NCBI RefSeq assembly: GCF_030684315.1
Contig: NC_081360.1
Location: 23,539,033-23,603,032, forward strand
Direction of reading: 5' to 3'
DNA: 64,000 nucleotides
Origin: Stegostoma tigrinum
Taxonomy: Eukaryota
The notes beneath the pieces are model-generated. The model worked only from the letters and a program-made list of their open reading frames with translations. It had not been told where the DNA came from and did not search any database. Positions within the stretch are counted from its first letter, which is position 1, and each line of letters opens with the position of its first letter. This document shows, piece after piece, positions 24,905 to 37,569 of this stretch. The position numbers were made by a program, and so were the translations under genes.

Positions 24905-26720
24905 CATTAAAAATAATGGGAACTGCAGATGCTGGAGAATCCAAGATAATAAAGTGTGAAGCTGGATGAACGCAGCAGGCCAGGCAGCATCTCAGGAGCA
25001 CAAAAGCTGACGTTTCAGGCCTAGAGCCTTCATCAGAGAGGGGGATGGGGAGAGGGAACTGGAATAAATAGGGAGAGAGGGGGAGGCAGACCGAAGATGG
25101 AGAGAAAAGAAGATAGGTGGAGAGGAGAGTATAGGTGGGGAGCAAGAGGCGGCGCCGATAGAGTCATCAATGTAACGGAGGAAGAGGTGGGATTTGAGGC
25201 CTGTGTAGGTGCGGAAGGGGGACTGTTCCATGTGACCTACAAAGAGGCAGGCGTAGCTTGGGCCCATGCAGGTCCTTATCCCCAGAGGAGCTCGAACAGT
25301 TCATCCACTTCACCAACACCTTCCACCCCAACCTCAAGTTCACCTGGGCCAACTCCAACACATCCCTCACCTTCCTGGATCTCTCAGTCTCCATCTCAGG
25401 GAACCAGCTAGAAAGTGATGTCCATTTCAAGCCCACCGACTCCCACAGCTACCCAGAATACACCTCCTCCCACCCACCCTCCTGCAAAAATTCCATCCCC
25501 TATTCCCAATTCCTCCGCCTCCGCCGCATCTGCTCCCACGATGAGGCATTCCACTCCCGCACATCCCAGATGTCCACGTTCTTCTAGGACAGCAACATCC
25601 CCCCCCGTAGTGGTCGAAAACGCCCTTGACTGTGTCTCCCGCACTTCCCGCAACACATCCCTCACACCCCGGCCCGCCACAACCGCCCAAAGAGGATCCC
25701 CCTCGTTCTCACACACCACCCCACCAACCTCCAGATACAACGCGTCATCCTCCGACACTTCCGCCATCTACAATCCGACCCCACCACCCAAGACATTTTT
25801 CCATCCCCACCCTTGTCTGCCTTCCGGAGAGACCACTCTCTCCGTGACTCCCTTGTTCGCTCCACACTGCCCTCCAACCCCACCACACCCGGCACCTTCC
25901 CCTGCAACCACAGGAAGTGCTACACTTGCCCCCACACCTCGCCCCTCACCCCCATCCCAGGCCCCAAGATGACTTTCCATATTAAGCAGAGGTTCACCAG
26001 CACATCTGCCAATGTGGTATACTGCATCCATTGTACCCGTTGTGGCTTCCTCCACATTGGACAAACCAAGCAGAAGCTTGGGGACCGCTTTGCAGAACAC
26101 CTCCACTCGGTTCGCAATAAACAACTGCACCTCCCAGTCGCGAACCATTTTAACTCCCCCTCCCATTCTTTAGACGACATGTCCATTATGGGCCTCCTGC
26201 AGTACCACAATGATGCCACCCGAAGGTTGCAGGAACAGCAACTCATATTCCGCTTGGGAACCCTGCAGCCCAATGTTATCAATGTGGACTTCACCAGCTT
26301 CAAAATCTCCCTTTCCCCACCACATCCCAAAACCAGCCCAGTTCGTCCCCTCCCCCCACTGCATCCCAAAACCAGCCCAGCCTGTCTCCGCCTCCCTAAC
26401 CTGTTCTTCCTCTCACCGATCCCTTCCTCCCACCTCAAGCAGCACTTCCATTTCCTACCTACCACCTCATCCCGCCTCCTTGACCTGTCCGTCTTCCCAG
26501 GACTGACCTATCCCCTCCCTACCTCCCCACCTATACTCTCCTCTCCACCTATCTTCTTTTCTCTCCATCTTCGGTCTGCCTCCCCCTCTCTCCCTATTTA
26601 TTCCAGAACCCTCTCCACATCCCCCTCTCTGATGAAGGGCCTAGACCCGAAACGTCAGCTTTTGTGCTCCGGAGATGCTGCTTGGCCTGCTGTGATCATC
26701 CAGCTTCACACTTTATCAAT
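24905..26720 (+). mobile_element. Penelope-like retroelement (RT C-terminus plus GIY-YIG endonuclease) with an inverted 5' segment (24905-25270)
   Basis: MGPSYACLFVG..RYIDD on the minus strand; FLDLSV..HFKPTDSHSY..IPYSQFLRLRRICS; NVVYCIHCTRCGFLHIGQTKQKLGDRFAEH; an in-frame stop at about 25585 indicates inactivation. Confidence 0.92.
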
Positions 26721-27429
26721 CTGGTTACATTGTTGCCTTTCCATATCTCTGTCTTCCTTCTGATTACAACTTATTTCTCACCCATGTTCCATGCCACAGA
26801 GAACAACCGAAACTTTTTTAATGGTTAGCTTTTAATTTGAACAAGAGGAAGTTGTGTAAATTGTTATGAAGGGAGTGGTGTGCAAAGCCCAGTGGGATTT
26901 CTTGCCATATCCTATCAAACACAAAGCATTACCTGCCTACCGAACACCCAAGGGGTCCTTCATGTCTGATTCAAGGCTCATCTTACCACGCACTAATCCT
27001 GGAACAATTCAACATGCAGAAGATGAACTGAAAGGCCAACATCCCTTGTGCCCATACCACCTTTGAAAGCCTGTTGTGCACTCAGACTGTCAATCCAGAT
27101 CTGCCCTGTACAGTTTCTGAAACACCGAGGCATGTTTGGGGCAGAGACCTGGACTCCGCCCACTTGTTTAACCTGTCTATATCCATTTGCAGAGTCTTTG
27201 TGTCATCCTCACCACTTGCATTCCCATCTGCTGAACCATTTTTGTGTCATCCACAGACTAGGCGTCAGCACATTGACTTATGAGCGTAAGAGCACTTGCC
27301 GTGTCCTGTGCCCTAATATCTACTGCAAACAATTATGGCCCCAGCACTGGCCATTATGTGGCACTCCATGAGTTGCAGTTTGCCATACCGAAAATGACTC
27401 TGTCCCAACTGAGAAAATTCATAATGCTG

Positions 27430-28145
27430 AAGTACAGATGGATCTGGGAGTGCTAGTCCAGGATTCTCTACATGTTAACTTGCAGGTTGAGTCCACGATT
27501 AAGAAAGTGAATGTAATGTTGCCACTTATCTCAAGAGGGTTGGAATGTAAAAGCAGTGATGTGCTTTTGAGACTTTATAAAGCACTAGTTAGGCCCCATT
27601 CAGAATACTGTGTCCAATTTTGGGCCCCACACCTCAGGAAGGATATACTGGCACTGGAGCGTGTCCAGCGGAGATTCACAAGGATGATCCCCGGAGTGGT
27701 AGGTCTAACATATGGTGAATGGCTGAGGAACCTGGGATTGTATTCATTAGAGTTTAGAAGGTTGAGGGGAGATCTAATAGAAACATACAAGATAATGCAT
27801 GGCTTAGACAGGGTGGACGCTGGGAAGTTGTTTCCGTTAGGCGGGAGACTAGGACCCGTGGGCACAGCCTTAGAATTAGAGGGGGTAAATTTAAAATGGA
27901 AATGAGGAGACATTTCATCAGCTAGAGAGTGGTCAGCCTGTGGAATTCATTGCCACAGAGTGCAGTGGAGACCAGGACATTAAATGTCTTCAAGGCAGAG
28001 ATTGATAATTTCTTGATCTCGCAAGTAATTAAGGGCTATGGGGAGAGTACGGGTGTGTGGAGTTGAAATGCCCATCAGCCATGATTACATGGCAGAGTGG
28101 ACTCGATGGGCCGAATGGCCTTACTTACATTCCTGTGTCTTATGG
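27430..28145 (+). mobile_element. 5'-truncated CR1-type LINE
   Basis: ORF 27438..27905 (DLGVLV...LYKALVRPH.EYCVQFW); a closely related 3' end is at 30970-31215. Confidence 0.9.
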
Positions 28146-30479
28146 TCAACTCTGTCTTCATTTGGTTAGCCAATCGTCCATCCATGCTAATATCATACCT
28201 CCAGCAACATGGGCTGTTATTTTATTAAGTAGCCCAGTATGTGGTACCTTATTGTGTCACTTTTGGAGATATTGTGCCCTGAGATATTGGTTTCCAGTGC
28301 CCAATATGGATTTCCCTCAGAGCAAGTGGCAAGCTGAATTTGACAGGTACCCACTCTGACTTCTTTATCGAGAGCTCTCAATGCCAGTTCAGCAAATTTG
28401 GTAAATAAGGAAGCTGATTGTCAATGAGGTGAGTTGTGGCATTAATAACATATTTAACAGGCTAAACTCTCATTTATTTGGCAACTTGCTCCTGCCTGGT
28501 GAGAGACTTGCCTCACCACTCATTAAAAACATAAAAGTTGCCGCAACTGTTTCCCGATGTTGAATTAGGCTATGCTGGACTTCTCAACTGACCCTGCCAC
28601 ACAAAAAAAGTCCTTCCCATTATCTTTGAATCCTACATTTTTAATTATTTAAGCCTGTTGTTAAAATGACAGCATTTGGTGAATATAAGTTGTTATAGAC
28701 ACACTGTAAAGATCCTACCCAGCTGTGATATCTGGGTGATACAGGTCATTGAGTTGACTCACATTGCTGTGTGTGGATGTAACATCTTCTGGTATTCTGG
28801 AGGCTGTGTGTTAACAGTGCCCACTCCTGTGACAGTTTTTTGGCCAAATTCCCTCTCCAACTGTCCCACTGAGACTCTCTATTTGAGTCCTCAGGCCTTT
28901 GTGGTTTGTGGAAAACATCTCCCAGTTCCAAGTCACATGCAGTAAACAGCAGGACAGTTTCCGGATTTCTCAGTTGGTAATGAACAGTTTAAAGTTTCAA
29001 AAAGATAAAAGCAACATTAACTCAGTAACTTATACATTCACACTGTGACTGGTTAACACTGCACTGTAAATCCCTACCTTATTCCCTGGGCAAATCAGAT
29101 TTAATTCTTTAATCTGCTCTATTAGAATCACTTCTTAAGAAATCAATCAGTGGTGCAGCTTTTTATACTCACTCAAAGGATGTGGACATATTTGGCAAGG
29201 CTAGAAATGTTATTATTGCTCATCTTTACGAAACACCTGATAAAAACCACCCTATGTTCAATATAATCAAATGGTCAGATACGTTAATCTAAGAATGCTT
29301 TAGCCCAGTGGTCAAAATGGAGGTGACTTGCATCCTAATTTTGTGTGACTGTAGTTCACAAGCAGCAGCTTTGATCAAAGCTTGATTACTTTATGATTCC
29401 AGGTCAATGTAGCATCTGCAGCCTGTGCTGTGTTAGTAAAGGAGCCACAGAGAAAAATTGCTGGAGAGAGCAGATTTCTTTGCAATGTGTCCCTGACAGT
29501 AAAGACTATTCAGTCCTATCACACGTAGGAGCTGTACAGAGGGATTTGATTTGGCCTGGGGCCTGTTGACAGTGGTGTAGATATCTGTGGTTAGGCTTCC
29601 TGCCTCCTGAGCTGAGTGTAGGCCTTGGGGTTTGTGTGGGTGGGGGAGGAAGAATGGTGGCAAATAGACTAGCGTTTGGGGTAAAGTAACATTCATTTAA
29701 GGAAACGACAAATCTCACAGGGAAACAGGTGTCAAAATCTACACAAAAATATTCACGATATTTGGTCAACAATGTAATGAACATCCTGTGACTGTAAAAA
29801 TTGTCAAAATAGGAACAGTTACAAAATTTGGAAGATCAAGAATCTCATTATTTTAAGAGGAATTTATGAGTCTCCATTTCCTGGCGTTTGTTAAGGTGAT
29901 TTTTACTTTTAATTTGAAGCTTTTGAAGTGATGCTTGAGCTGATGAAGGCAATGATAGAAGAGCTGTTTAAGAATTCTTCTGGCAGATCCAATAAGCAAG
30001 AATAGCTTCAGGAAAACTATTTTGAGAGCAGCATTGAGAAGAGGAGCTTGGTGGTTTTACTTGGTTACAAGCTTAACCAGGCGGAATGGGGTACGTGAGG
30101 ACACCAGAATATTAGAAGCAGAGTCAGCTCTTTAGTCCCTTAAACTGACATATTGATCAATTATGTCACAGTTGATTAATACAACTGCTCCTTTTCCTCA
30201 ATTTTAGTGCAAATGCTTTAACGAATTCATCATTTAAGAAGACTATCCTTCTCAATCTTCAAAGTCCTAGTTTTCTATGTAAATATTCAAATGTTCAATT
30301 ATTCGGCGTTGATTTCATGTGCCTGTAGTAAATCAAAGAGTAAAGACCAGGTAAGAGATAAAGATATTGTTGTGGGATATAATAAGCAGACTGTGACAGG
30401 AAAGTATGGTATAGAGTATAAAACTAGCAGTAAATCGACAAATAATGCTACAAATTGTGAAAATAATCAAAAGCCAAAA

Positions 30480-32800
30480 CTACTGTAATGTGTCTGAATA
30501 TACATGGCTTGTAAAACAATATATATCAATTAATGGTGAAAGTAGAACGAAATAAGTACTATTTGTTAGCCATTACAAAGATATTGCTGCAGGATGGTGT
30601 TTACTGGGACATTAGTCTTGAAGGGTACTTGACATTTAGGAAGGACAGGAAGCCACAGAAAGGTGGAAAGATAGTTCTGTTAATTAATGATGGTATTAAC
30701 TCAATAGAAAGGGATGACTTTGTAGACTTTTGTTCCCACTTTCTGTGGTCTGTTGGGTTTATTTTGGATATCAAAAGCCCAGGACAGTTCCTACACCTAA
30801 TGGCATATACCCAGTGAAAGTGAAGTACATTACAAAATATACTGGAAAAATCTTACCCATACAATACTTATAATCATGAGCGAACCCTTATCTGTGGACT
30901 TGTCTGAAGATCAGATCAGAATAGGTGATCAACCTGCTCTACCTCAACTTCTAGTCAACGATCAATCAACATTTCTTCAGCCAGCGAGTGGTGGGCTTGT
31001 GGAATTCATTGCCACGGAGTGCAGTGGAGGCCGGGACGTTGGATGCCTTCAAGGCAGAGATCGACAAATTTTTGATCTCACAAGGAATCAAGGGCTACGG
31101 GGAGAGTTCAGGGAAGTGGAGTTGAAATGCCCATCAGCCATGATTTAAATGGCAGAGTGGACTTGATGGGCCGAATGGCCTTACTTCCACTCCTATGTCT
31201 TATGGTCTTATGGACATCATCCCCATACTAGCCAATTTTTTGCTGTGAGGCAAGCTATTTTATACTCTTTCCATAAAAAGAAGCTTTACATTCCAGTCTT
31301 GACACTATCCATTCTCCAGAAAATGATCAGTTTGACTACAAACAAAAGTCATAAACATGCCAAGTTTTCCATATTTCTTAAATCTATTAACTCACTTGTG
31401 TCTCCTTGGAAAGGTGTTTTTCTCTTTTTTTTAATGAACTTAGACATAAACTCAGTTTGTGTTAGCTGTTCACTTTTAAATCAAGCTATAGCACAATTAC
31501 ATGACAATCATAAATAAAATATTGTTAAGCAGTACACAGTATCACGTCTGATTTACTATGTCTGTTTGATGCCAAACTTCTGCTTTTTGAAGTCACTGAA
31601 ACAGTGCAGTTCATTACTGCTGCATTACAATGTTCCATCTAAACATGCATGCACATTCCCTCAGCCTAACACAAACACTTTAAAAACTCAATCTCTTTAA
31701 TTAATTTGGTCATCATGAGGTTTCATGTATTTTCTCCTTCTATTTTAATCTAACTTAATTCAACTTGATTTCAGCTAACCCAGCAAATTTTAGGTTAATA
31801 TCTACAAGTAAGTGCAGGAAACCAGGGAAAGAAGGAGTTTGGGTAAGACAAGAAATGATAATAGCAATATGTCACTTGTGGGTGTGGCGCACAGGGTCCT
31901 AAATGGTAACTGCATGGCAGGATGGAGTATAATGAAAGAATTAATGGATATTTTTAGATAAGTACAGCAGTAATCTTGGGGGTTTTAATCTGCATGAAGA
32001 TTGGAAAGATCAGATGTGTAAAGGCAGTCTAGATGAGAAGTTCTGGTGCGAATCAGAGATGATATTATATACAAAGCCTTGTATTGTGCAATGAGGTTGG
32101 ATTAGTTATTGTTTTCAGAGTGAAGGTGCCTCCGTTGGCAATTGTAATCAGATGGATTTTACATTCGGTTTGATTAAAGAGTGGGGCCACGACCAGTGTT
32201 TAAAACCTACATAAGTGCAATTGTGAGGGGATGAAACAGAGCTAGTTAAAGTGAACTGGAAAATTATTCTCACCAAACGTCAATGGCGATACAGTGTAAT
32301 GTGAGAGTATATTTCAGAATTTGCAGGATAGATACATTCTAATGAGAAAGTCAAAAATCCAAGGGGAGAACCCACCATCCATAGTGGATTAATACAGTTA
32401 CAGATTGAATCAAATTTTATTTAAAAATATATACACAAGGACAGTTAGAAGGACAGAGGATTGGAGAGACCTGCATGCTTACCTTCAGCAACTAATGCAC
32501 AAGGACACCCAGGTCCCACTGCATTCTCCCCTCTCCCAATTTACAGCCATTCAGGTAATAATCTGCCTTCTTTTTCTTGCTTCCGAAGAGAATAGCGTCA
32601 CATTTACCCATAAAAAAGGATGATAGAAAATTAATAAAGGATGAAACGTCAGAGAGAACACCAGCTAGAAATTTCAAAACAAGTAGCAAGAGTTTCTATG
32701 GGTATTTAAAAGGAGTTAACGAAATGAGCATTGGTTCCATAAAATTATGGGGAAATTAATAATGGAATAAACAGAGAAGCCAGATGAAGCAGATAGGTAT
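30480..32800 (+). mobile_element. fragmented old CR1-type LINE (endonuclease region), split by insertions
   Basis: GYLTFRKDR..GG...LLI; later GGFN.H.DW-like and ARN.KT.SKSFYGY.K fragments. Confidence 0.6.
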
Positions 32801-33359
32801 TTTCTATCACTCCTCTCTAATTTGGGCAAGGAGTCCAATTGCTTGGGGAAATATAAGTGTGACAAAATGTTTCACAGTAGCATGTGAAGACGAGTTAACC
32901 AAGAAATAATGTCAAGAACATTTCCAACCTAGCATCTATGACACACAAGCATATTAATGAAGGCCAAATGGTAACTGTAACTTTACAGCTTACAGATCCC
33001 AGTCAGCCAGTAGGTGGGGTCAAATTGAGATAAGGCATTGTACACCATCAAAAAAAGCTGAAGCTTTTGTCTCTATCTAAGTGAGAAACCAAAAAGGAAT
33101 GGACAACATGCACTAAATGCTTTACATTGACTTGTTTTAAATGTCATCCCTCTAAACATCTTACAAGAGACATCCATGCATGATAAGTTAACTAGTTACA
33201 ATGGGTCTAGCATACTTTGCACTGGCATTATCTGTTTTAATTGGTAGTATAGACTATTGGAATGGATACCCAAAGCCTTATACACAGCTGGGCCAGCAGG
33301 TCCAACTATTGCTGGTTTACTAACATACACAGATCTACATATTATTATGGCTCACATTT

Positions 33360-36300
33360 TGGAGTCATAGAATCATACAACACAGAAACTGACCCTTCGG
33401 TCCAACCAGTACATACTAACCATAACTCCAAACTAAAATAATTGCACCTGCCTGCACTTGGCCCATAAACCTCTTAACATTTCTTATTTGTGTTCTTATC
33501 TAAACATTTTTTTTCAGTGTTGTAATTGTACCTGCATCCACCACTTCCTCGGGAAGTTCATTCCACACATGAATGACTGTGTAAAAAAATTTCCCTTCAT
33601 GTCTTTTTTCAACGTTTCTCCTTTCACCTTAAAAATACGCACCCTAATCTTGAAATCTCCCATCCCAGGTAAAAGGCAACTGCTGTTTACCTTATCTATA
33701 CCCCTCATGACCTTATCAGCATCTATAAGGTCACCCCTCAACTTCCTCCATTCCAGTGGAAAAAATCCCAGCCTATCCAGGCCTGCCTGATAAATCAAAC
33801 CCGCCATAGAAACTATAGAAGATAGGAGCAGGGGGAGCCATTCAGCCCCTCGAGTCTGCTTTGCCAATCTTCAAGATCATGGATGATCATCCAACTCAAG
33901 AGCTTAAACCTGCTTTCTCCCCATTGATCCTATTCACCCCAAGCACTATCTCTAGTGACCTCTCAAATACATTCAATATTTTGGCATCAACTACTTCCTG
34001 TGGTAATGAATTCCACAGGTTCACCACTCTTTGGATGAAGAAATGTCTCCTCATCTCCATCCAAAAATGTTTACCCCGAATCTTGGTTCTGGATAAGCCC
34101 ACCGTGGAGAACATCGTCCTTATATATATCCCAATAGAATTTTATAAGTCTCTATGAGATCGCCCCCATTTGTTTGATCCCTAGCAAAAACACCCTAACC
34201 TGCCCAATCTCTCCTCATACATCAGACCAGCCATCCCTGGAATCAGCCTGGTGAACTTTCGCTGCACTTCCTCAAGAGCAAGAGTATCCTTCCTCAGAAA
34301 AGGAGACCAAAATTGCACACAATATTCCAGGTGCCGTCTCACCAAGACTCTCTACAACTGCAACAACGCATCTCTGCTCGTGTACTTGAAACCTCTCGCA
34401 ATGAAGGCCAACATACCATTTGCCTTCTTTGTCACCTGCTGCACCTGCATGCTTACCTTCAGCAATTGATATACAAGGACACCCAGATCCTGCTGCACAC
34501 TCCCCTCTCCCAATTTATAGCCGTTCAGGTAATAATCTGTTTTCACTATCTTGCTTCCGAAGTGCATAACCTCCCATTTATCCAAATTATACTGCATCTG
34601 CCATTGATTTGCCCACTCACCCGACCTGCCCAGATCATGCTGAAGGATTTCTGCATCAAGAACAAAGAACAAAGAAAATTACGGCACAGGAACAGGCTAT
34701 TCGGCACCCAAGCCTGCACCAATCGAGATCCTTGGTCTAAAACTGTCATCTATTTTCTAAGTGTCTGTATCCCTTTGCTTCCCTGCCCATCTATGTACCT
34801 GTCCAGATACATCTTAAAAGACACTTTCGTGTCTGCGCCTACCACCTCCACTGGCAACGCGTTCCAGGCACCCACCACCCTCTGCATAAAGAACTTTCTA
34901 TGCATATCTCCCCTAAACTTTCCTCCTCTCACTCTGAACACATGACCCCTAGTAATTGAGTCCCCAACTCTGGGGAAAAGCTTCTTGCTATCCACCCTAT
35001 CTATACCCCTCATGATTTTGTAGACCTCAATCAGGACCCCCCTCAATCTCCGTCTTTCTAATGAAAGTAATCCTAATCTACTCAACCTTTCTTCATAGCT
35101 AGCACCCTCCATACCAGGCAATATCCTGGTGAACCTCCTCTGCAGCCTCTCCAAAGATCCACATCCTTTTGATAATGTGGAGATCAGAACTATACGCAGT
35201 ATTTTAAATGTGGCCGAACCAAAGTCTTATACAACTGTAACATCCTCATCAAGATTCAACCTCCCACCCAACTTGGTATCATCTACAAACTTGGAGATGT
35301 TACATTTTGTTCCCTCATCCAAATCATTAACATATGTTATGAATAGCTGGGGCCCCAGCACTGATCTGTGTGGCACCTCATGAGCTGTAGCCTACCAATT
35401 TGAAAAGGACCCATTAATTTCTACTCCTTGTTTCCTCTCCGACAACTAGTTTCCTATCCATCGCAATACACTTCCCCAATCCCATGTGCTTTAATCTTGC
35501 ACATTAACCTCTTACACTGGACTTTGTCAAATGCTTTATGTACGACATCAACTGGCTCCCCCTTGCCAACTCTGCTGGCTACATCTTCATAGAATTCCAA
35601 CAGATTTGTCAAGCATGGTTTCCCTTTCATAAATCCATGCTGACTTTGTCTGATCCTGCCACTGTTTTCTAAATGGTCTGCTTTAGAATCCTTAACAATG
35701 GATTTGAGAATTTTCCCCACTACCGATGTTAGGCTCACTGGTCTATAATTTCCTGTTCTTTCTCTACTTTCCTTATTGAATACTGGAGAGACATTAGCCA
35801 CCCTCCAATCTGCAGGAACTGTTCCTGAGTCGACAGAATTCTGGAAGATGATCAACAATGCATCCACAATTTCTAGAGTCACTTCCTTAAGTACTCTGGG
35901 ATCTAGATTATCAGGTCCTGGGGATTTATCAGCCTTCAATCCCAACAACTTTCCCAGCACCATTTCTCTACTAATATTGATCTCCCTCAGTTCTTCTCTC
36001 TTGTTAAATTTTGCATCCTGTAACAATTCTGATATCTGATTTGTCTCCTCTTTTGTGAAGACAGAACCAAAGTATGCATTCAGTTTCTCAGCCTTTTTTT
36101 ATCCCCTATTATACATTCCCCCGTTTCTGTCTGTAGGGGACCTACATTTGTCTTTACCAGTCTCTTCCTCTACATGTACCTATGGAAACCATTCCTGGAA
36201 ACATCCTGGTACATCTCTTCTGAATCCTCTCGAACTTAATGATATCCATCCTATAACAGGGACACAACGCTCCAGAGAGGCCTCAATAACATCTTGTGCA

Positions 36301-36610
36301 ACCTTAGCATAATGTCCCACCTTCTATACTCAAAGGTCTGAGCAATGAAGGCAAGCATGCTAAATGCCTTCTTAACCGCCCCAGCTATACGTGATGCAAT
36401 CTTCAAAGAATTATGTTCTACAACACTATCCAAACCCTTACTTTAGTTTTATAAGTCTTGCCTTTGTTTGTTTTACCAAACTACAATACCTCACATTTAT
36501 CCAGATTAAACTTCATCTGCCACTCTTCAGCCCATTGGCCCAATTGATGAAGACCTACTTGTAAACTTAGACAATCTTCTTCACTGTCCATTATACTACA
36601 AATCTTGGTA
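33360..36610 (-). mobile_element. stack of nested CR1-type LINE fragments from several subfamilies
   Basis: ORFs 33514-33867, 34352-34672, 34750-35154 and 35454-36026 (KSPGPD..PRVLKE..NYRPVSLTSVVGK). Confidence 0.88.
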
Positions 36611-36849
36611 ACAAATTCACCACCTGCAACATCAAGGATTCTAAACTGTGACATCGATCCTATTCTAAAGAAGTATCACATTGGACTCCAAATGTTAATT
36701 CTGTTTCTCTCTCCACTGAAGCTACCAGACCTGATGAGTTTCCCTCAGACTTCCTCTGGTGATGTTTTTACATTGATGTCAATCATTTTGGTTGCAACCA
36801 AGTTGAGCGGATTCAGCAAATCAAGTAGATGACGACTAGCCTCGACAGC

Positions 36850-37220
36850 TCAAAATGATTCTCACTGATGGGTGGCCTGAATGCATTCAACAGAATCCTG
36901 AGGTTGTGTATTTCATCTGGTCCTTCAGACATGAACCAAGCCTCTCTAGAAATGTAATTTTTGAAGGCAAACGAGTTGGAATTGTGCAAGTTCTACATCA
37001 AGACATACTTGCCAATAGAAAGAAAACCAAGAGCTTGACACATGAATCCATCTATTGGCCTGGCGGCCATAAGAATGTCTGTCAGCTAATCAAGTTGCCT
37101 GAAGCATGTCAGCTCCATTCATCTCAACAATTAAGAGAAACCTTTATCTAAGACAAGCTTCTTTCTGAGCCATGGTCCAAGGCTATGACTGATATTTTAC
37201 ATGTTCAAGAAATCTACTAA
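36850..37220 (+). mobile_element. Gypsy/Ty3 LTR retrotransposon pol remnant (region before and including the integrase zinc-binding domain)
   Basis: I..GWPE...W.FR.E.S....IF.G.RV......IL...KTK.L..ESIYWPG...C..CQ pattern. Confidence 0.7.
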
Positions 37221-37569
37221 TTAACCAATGGTGTACAGGGGAAGGGAGTACGTGCCACCATGTTAAGGGAACAAGAAAGAAGTATAAAATGAGAATTGTT
37301 TGTATTGTATTTAGAGTATCATTGACTTTTCTTTTAATCTGAGTCTAAATTTATGGGGATAATTGAACCAGGCCAGGTTTGGGGTGGTCTTTGGCCTCTC
37401 CCTGCATTTCACTGGTAGATACTGGAATGAAATTACCATATACCTGAATTCTGCTTATCTCCTGAAAATTATTACCTTTGTAAGGTCGTTCCTATACATA
37501 ATAATATAGCACACAGAGGAGCAAGTCAAATAGTCAAAGCAGGCAAGAGCAAGACAAAGAACAAGGCAT

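Noticed and set aside
25813-26763. Longest ORF (316 aa) as a host gene
   Set aside because: It is the GIY-YIG end of a Penelope-like element reading through into its low-complexity terminal repeat.
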